Origin: an uncultured delta proteobacterium
GTDB taxonomy: Bacteria > Bdellovibrionota > FAC87 > UBA2466
Direction of reading: 5' to 3'
DNA: 64,000 nucleotides
Assembly: GCA_963778115.1 (NCBI GenBank)
Contig: CAVZSV010000005.1
Span: 1 to 64,000 of the forward strand
Part shown: positions 59,333 to 64,000 of the stretch, in pieces
Position numbering within the stretch: the first letter of the stretch is position 1
Layout: the number at the start of each line of letters is the position of its first letter
Made by a program: the position numbers and the translations under genes
The notes under the pieces: model-generated
What the model saw: only the letters and a program-made list of their open reading frames with translations
What the model was told of the DNA's origin: nothing
Databases searched by the model: none

Positions 59333-62300
59333 GCGGAGACAGAGGCGGTGGTCGAGAGGCTAGTCAGGCACCTGGCCCCGCTGCTGGACACCAGCAGTGA
59401 CATGGATGAGCTTGATCCAGCTGGCCCTGCTGACATGGCACTGGTACGGCTGACGGCCTCAGAGGCGCTGCTGCGCCTGGCGCGCCTGCACGATGCGCGA
59501 ATTCACCCGGAGGTCTACATGTCGCTGGCACTCACTATGCAGGTGGGCGAGAATCAGGACCTTTGTCTCCTGACAACTTAGTATGTCGTTCAGGCTAGAG
59601 AAGAGGCGCAGTGATACAGGCGCTGCTGCGCCTAGCACGCCTGCACAATGTGTGTCCTCACCCAGAAGTATACACGTCGCTGGCACTGGCAGTGCAGGAT
59701 CGGGGGTGTCTCCTGTCTGGGTGCTGCAATCACTCTTGCCATTATGTAAATGTTAGTGTTCAGTGATGGGCCTGCACAAGGGGTGTATAGCTGGGCGGTC
59801 CACATGTCCCTGACGCTGGCCATGCAGCTGCATAGTGAGCGCAGGAGACATGCCCCCGGTTCACGTGCCCTCACGAGGCCTATGCTCCACCTTCACGGTG
59901 AGAATGGGTGGGGTGCATATCGTATCAGCCTGCCAAAGGTCTCCTGCTGTGAAAAGCTTGCGGAGTCGAGAGCTGCCGGCGGCAACAATTCGGCAATCTC
60001 CCTCTTGAGAGGGGCACAGAAGTATATTGTGAAGAATGCGTTCCTGTGGCAGGACCCGCTGATGGAGGTACGCAAGGCATTTGGGGCAAAGGTGCGCCGC
60101 ACAGTGCTGCTGCTGAACGCGCGGCCATCATACGCGCAGCGCGCTTCCAAGTATGCAGCCATGCTGCCCATGGCGGGCATGGACCCCAGCGAGACGAACA
60201 GGTGGCTTCCTGCTACCGTATGGTTCAGGACATCACAATGCTTAGGGTTGCAGTGAAGAGTGCAAGGATCATGGAAGCCACAATGCTTCAGCCTTGCACA
60301 TGACTCTTGTAGCTTGCCGCTTTCCCTCTCCTTCATCGCTGTATGTGCTGCAAGCACCATGGGGCGATGTCTGGCACGGCCACTGCAATCGATTGTTTGC
60401 GGCCAGATGAAGAATACTGGAAGCATGTGAATGAGCTGAGCTACACGGTGGTGTCTGGTGCAGGGCAAATGCATATGCAGCACTGAGCGAATATGTGCTG
60501 AAGAGGAGGCGGGCGGCCGCAGATGGCATAGCAGCTGCAGCACAGGCAGGTGGTCAGGGCGGCACAGTGCTGCACCAGCTGCCTGACTTCCTGCTGCCCT
60601 ACCTTATACAGGTCTTGCCCCAGCTTCTTGGTCTTTGTGCTATCTGTATGAACGAGCCCAGACCACATTGTGGCGTGAGCACTGGGCAAAACACATGCTG
60701 CTTCTGGCCTTCCACCACCTGCAGTGTCTGCCTGCCTTCCTCATCCTTGCCGCAATGCGAGTGCAGGTGCCCTGCTGAGGTGCGCATGTGCCAGTGCAGA
60801 AGATGCTCAACGACTGGGCAAGAGCAGCATGCAGACCCTGGCCTTGATTGAAGTTCTCTTGCTGTGTGCAGATCCTGCGCACCACCCAGACTTCCCTACC
60901 AGGCAGGATGCTGCAGAGGTGGGCCCTGCAGTGTATCAGCCCTTCTCAAAGATGCTGCAGTTTGCCCTGGAGCCGCTGCTCCTGGCAGCCACTGGGGCGG
61001 ATCACGCAGAGCCCCCAGGTGACTTACTACTCACCTGATGCCAATTCCCTGTACGAGTAGTGCTGCAGAATTGTAGGAGGCATGTGACATGCTCTTGAGT
61101 GCCAAAGCCTGCAGGTGATCAGCTTTGAATGCAGATCCACTCATGCCGATGCGGTGCTTGGCAAGCAGAGGGCAAACTCTTGCATGGGAGTCTCTGCAAA
61201 TAGCAGTCAGCATCTGATCATCTATCTGTTGAATATATGTTGTCCATAGCGTGACATTATCACCACCTGCTGCAGGCGCGGTGCTTCCTGCCATCGTGAA
61301 GGTGCTGCGCACGCTGAAGGCCACGGAGGATGCCACATCAGAGCCTGCCACCCAGTGCATCTACCTGCTGTGCGACACAGCGCTGGCGCTGGCGAGCGCC
61401 ATTGTGGAGGCGCACTCGCCCGGGGCGACCTCTGCGGGCAAGTACCCGGGCAGCGTGCCCCTGCCCAAGACCTTCTTCAGGCAGCTTGACAGGAGTCAGC
61501 TGAAGGGTGACCGCTCTTCTCTGACATTGCTTTCTAATCTGAATCCCATCAACACCGTTTCCGCATGGGATGCCAAAGGTCTGATCCAGATAATCACAAT
61601 CTCTTTTGAGCTTATGTCAGGCATAACAGTGAATCTGGTACTCAGGCAGCACTGCCCCTGCAGGCAAGCCAAAGGATGGCATGCATCTTCCTGAGGGCTT
61701 TGGGGTGACCCTGGAGGACCTGTGCCCCAACCAGCCCGCCCGGCCAGGGCAGCGGGCAGTCCGGGGTGGGCGCACCAAGCCCAAGGCGGAGCCTGCGCAC
61801 AGCCCCAAGAGGCGCAGGAAGAAGGCTGCAGAGTGAGTCTGCGACTGTCTTGTGCTTGCCATGCGCTCTGCTGGCTGAGATCTTTGTCGAAAGATGTGAG
61901 AGAGCGAGCAAATGTGAGAGAGCTCAGGAATATCTGCCCATGGCTGTGCATGCTGGATGGCAGGCTTGTGCACGGACGCCCCTGCACAGTCTGGAAGATC
62001 CTCATCTACGTGATTCCTATCGCCTCGGCAGGTCCAGACTGGAATCTCAACTTCCGCATTGTGTCCTCTCGTAGGATTCAAAGAACTAGGCCACGCAGGG
62101 ACGTGCCACAGAGGAATGCTCGCACAAAGCGCAAGGCGGCGCCTGCTGACCTGGCAGAGGCTTCTTCGGGCAGCGACGATGACCCAGACAATGATCACAT
62201 TGACAACTTCAACGACATGGAAGAGAAGCAAAGGTCAGCGTCATGAAACATCTCTGGCCCCATCAGCTGCATCCCTAGCCAGAAGCCATGCGTGCTTGTC

Positions 62301-63006
62301 GCAGACTGTAGGCTACATGAACCTTGAAGGCGGTGACATGAGACTATGCAGCCGCACGCCTTCCCGGGGGTTGGCTCATGTCGTCGTTTGACAATCCCAG
62401 GCACAGAGAGTAATGACGGCAATTCCCAAAGCCTGTGATATCAGAAGTCAAATTTTTGAGCTGGCATGCGTGTGATTGCAGGCATACTGCTGGCAAGCAT
62501 GCAAAGAGGCCTGCAGACAGCAGCGCCAGCAGCGAAAGCTCCGGCAAGAGGCAGAAGCTGAAGGCAAGTGGCAAGCAGAAGCACGGCCGAGGGTCCCCAG
62601 ATGAGAACCATGCGCCGCCTGACTGCAACCGAGCAGCCCCCAAAGGTCTGCCTTTTCCCTGCTCTCCTGTTTGTCATCTCACCTCACACCATGTCATCAG
62701 CATTGCCTGATGCTGAAACACAGCATCCTATGTATCTGGTGTTTCCCTTTCATGGCCACTTTGCCTGCTGGGCACATGTCTGCCTGCAGAGGCAGGCATC
62801 TCAAAGTATGCACTTGCAGCATATGATCATGGGCTGCCAAGCTGTTGCTGCATTGGGCAATTGCACAGGGGTGACTGTGAGATTAGGTTTTTCTTCTCAT
62901 GCAGGCCCAAAGGGAAGGAGCAAGGAGCGCAAGCAATCCAGGGCGGCTCAGATAGCCCAGAAGGTGGCTGGCGCTCTGAAGGCAGTCCACAATTCTGAGG
63001 CAGCAG
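59333..63006 (+). CDS. PDS5: Spliced eukaryotic gene, C-terminal half of a PDS5-like cohesin cofactor (green-algal style); further exons may follow
   Basis: GT-AG bounded exons about 59333-59542, 60053-60201, 60464-60611, 60872-61018, 61276-61506, 61664-61832, 62075-62233, 62482-62645, 62905-63006; peptides DMALVRLTASEALLRLAR, DPLMEVRKAFGAKV, PDFLLPYLIQ-ILAHHPDF (needs one indel), IYLLCDTA, PLPKTFF, then a basic/acidic low-complexity tail. Confidence 0.75.
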
Positions 63007-63756
63007 GTCCTTCGCTGAACTCTCACAGAGTCCTCTGCTAACCCATGCTACACTGCCTGGAACAATGTCAAAATATCCTTTTTAGACAGCGGGCTGCACC
63101 TTAACAATATGGCGCCAGCTTTATGGGCAAGTGAGGAAGCACTGAAGCGCCGATTTGTGTGGCGCAGCAGGCACACAGCCGGAGAAACAACATCCCAGCA
63201 CAGCACAGCCGGGAGAAGGGATGCAGAAGGGAAGGTGAGGCTTCCACCACATTGCAGCCAACTCTCATTCTCTGCCTGGCCTCACCGTAGCCTGTTCTCG
63301 CTGCGCAGGTCGTCGGTGCATCACTGAAGGCCCCTCTGTACCAGCTGTTGGTTCTTCGTCCACAGCGCACTGACCCTTCATGTTGCGACTGCAGGAGAGC
63401 TGCACAGGAGCCTGACAGTGAGCAGGAGCAGGAGAGTGAGAGCAAGCAGGAGCCGGCCTCGCTGCGAGCACACACATCCCAGGAGACAGATAGCGAAGCA
63501 GACTGGGGCACAGCTTCTGACCCAAGGTGAGCCTCAGCCAAAGTTATCGGCTACAAGTTTGGTCTCTGGCTTCTGAGGCCACCTGAGGCTCAGGGCTACT
63601 TGAAGCCTGGTAGTACCTGACAGGGGAGATATGATGCTTTGTATATGCCTGCAGGCATGATGCGCAGCATATGGCCGGCGCAAACACCAAGGGAGTGACT
63701 GGAGCAGCAGCGCGTGGCCTTGCGCACCGATTGACGAGGAGCCAACTTGTAGCATA

Positions 63757-64000
63757 ATGTGCCGAACGATTGTCGATGCCTTGCGGGAGATAGAGGCTAC
63801 CTTACCTTTCCCTCTCTACGCCTTTAACTGCGCTAACGGTTCAGAGTTTATTAACCATGAACTCGTCAAATATTTCGGCCCGGCTGGAGAGAAACAACGT
63901 CTACACCAATTAATGACTCGCTCCAGAGAGTACAAGAAAAACGATAACTGCCACGTCGAGCAAAAGAACTGGACTCATGTCCGCCAGCTCTTTGGCTATC
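63757..64000 (+). mobile_element. Bacterial-type DDE integrase/transposase core fragment (runs off the window)
   Basis: Open frame LPFPLYAFNCANGSEFIN...TRSREYKKNDNCHVEQKNWTHVRQLFGY. Confidence 0.8.

Noticed and set aside
58811..59581. Apparent lipoyl-domain/HEAT fusion protein
   Set aside because: Arises from a frameshift near 59228 plus the bacterium-eukaryote junction; there is no evidence it is a real gene
59543..63755. Many short ORFs in the ORF track
   Set aside because: They cross introns or lie antisense; a spliced gene explains the region better

Overview
The window is composite. Positions 1 to about 59,330 are high-GC alphaproteobacterial DNA that looks like Acetobacteraceae (Acidocella/Acidiphilium-like; this assignment is inference from gene content and style). 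The first 15 kb is an IS-scarred accessory region: IS21, IS4 and two IS630 pieces, one apparently intact IS110/IS1111-type element, transporters, an esterase and a His-rich lipoprotein. Core loci follow: acnA, ccmAB, a SUF operon, gph, glmS, two tetronate catabolic clusters, a Hint-domain protein, tRNA-Lys, ppi-coaD-gyrA, gmk-yicC, cysDNC-cysQ, a GDSL autotransporter and the bkd operon. At about 59,330 the bkd E2 gene breaks off into a spliced eukaryotic gene with GT-AG introns whose exons read as the C-terminal half of the cohesin cofactor PDS5 (green-algal style). At about 63,760 the sequence switches again into a bacterial-type DDE integrase fragment. Many genes, including essential ones, carry single-base frameshifts, most likely consensus errors. 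Most notable: (1) the IS110/IS1111 element sits exactly inside the terminal repeat of an IS630, and its 3' non-coding region contains a 7-nt complement of that target, a candidate bridge/seek RNA guide; (2) the bacterium-eukaryote junction; (3) a two-copy structured intergenic repeat of about 150 bp. All protein calls come from motif recognition, not database searches.
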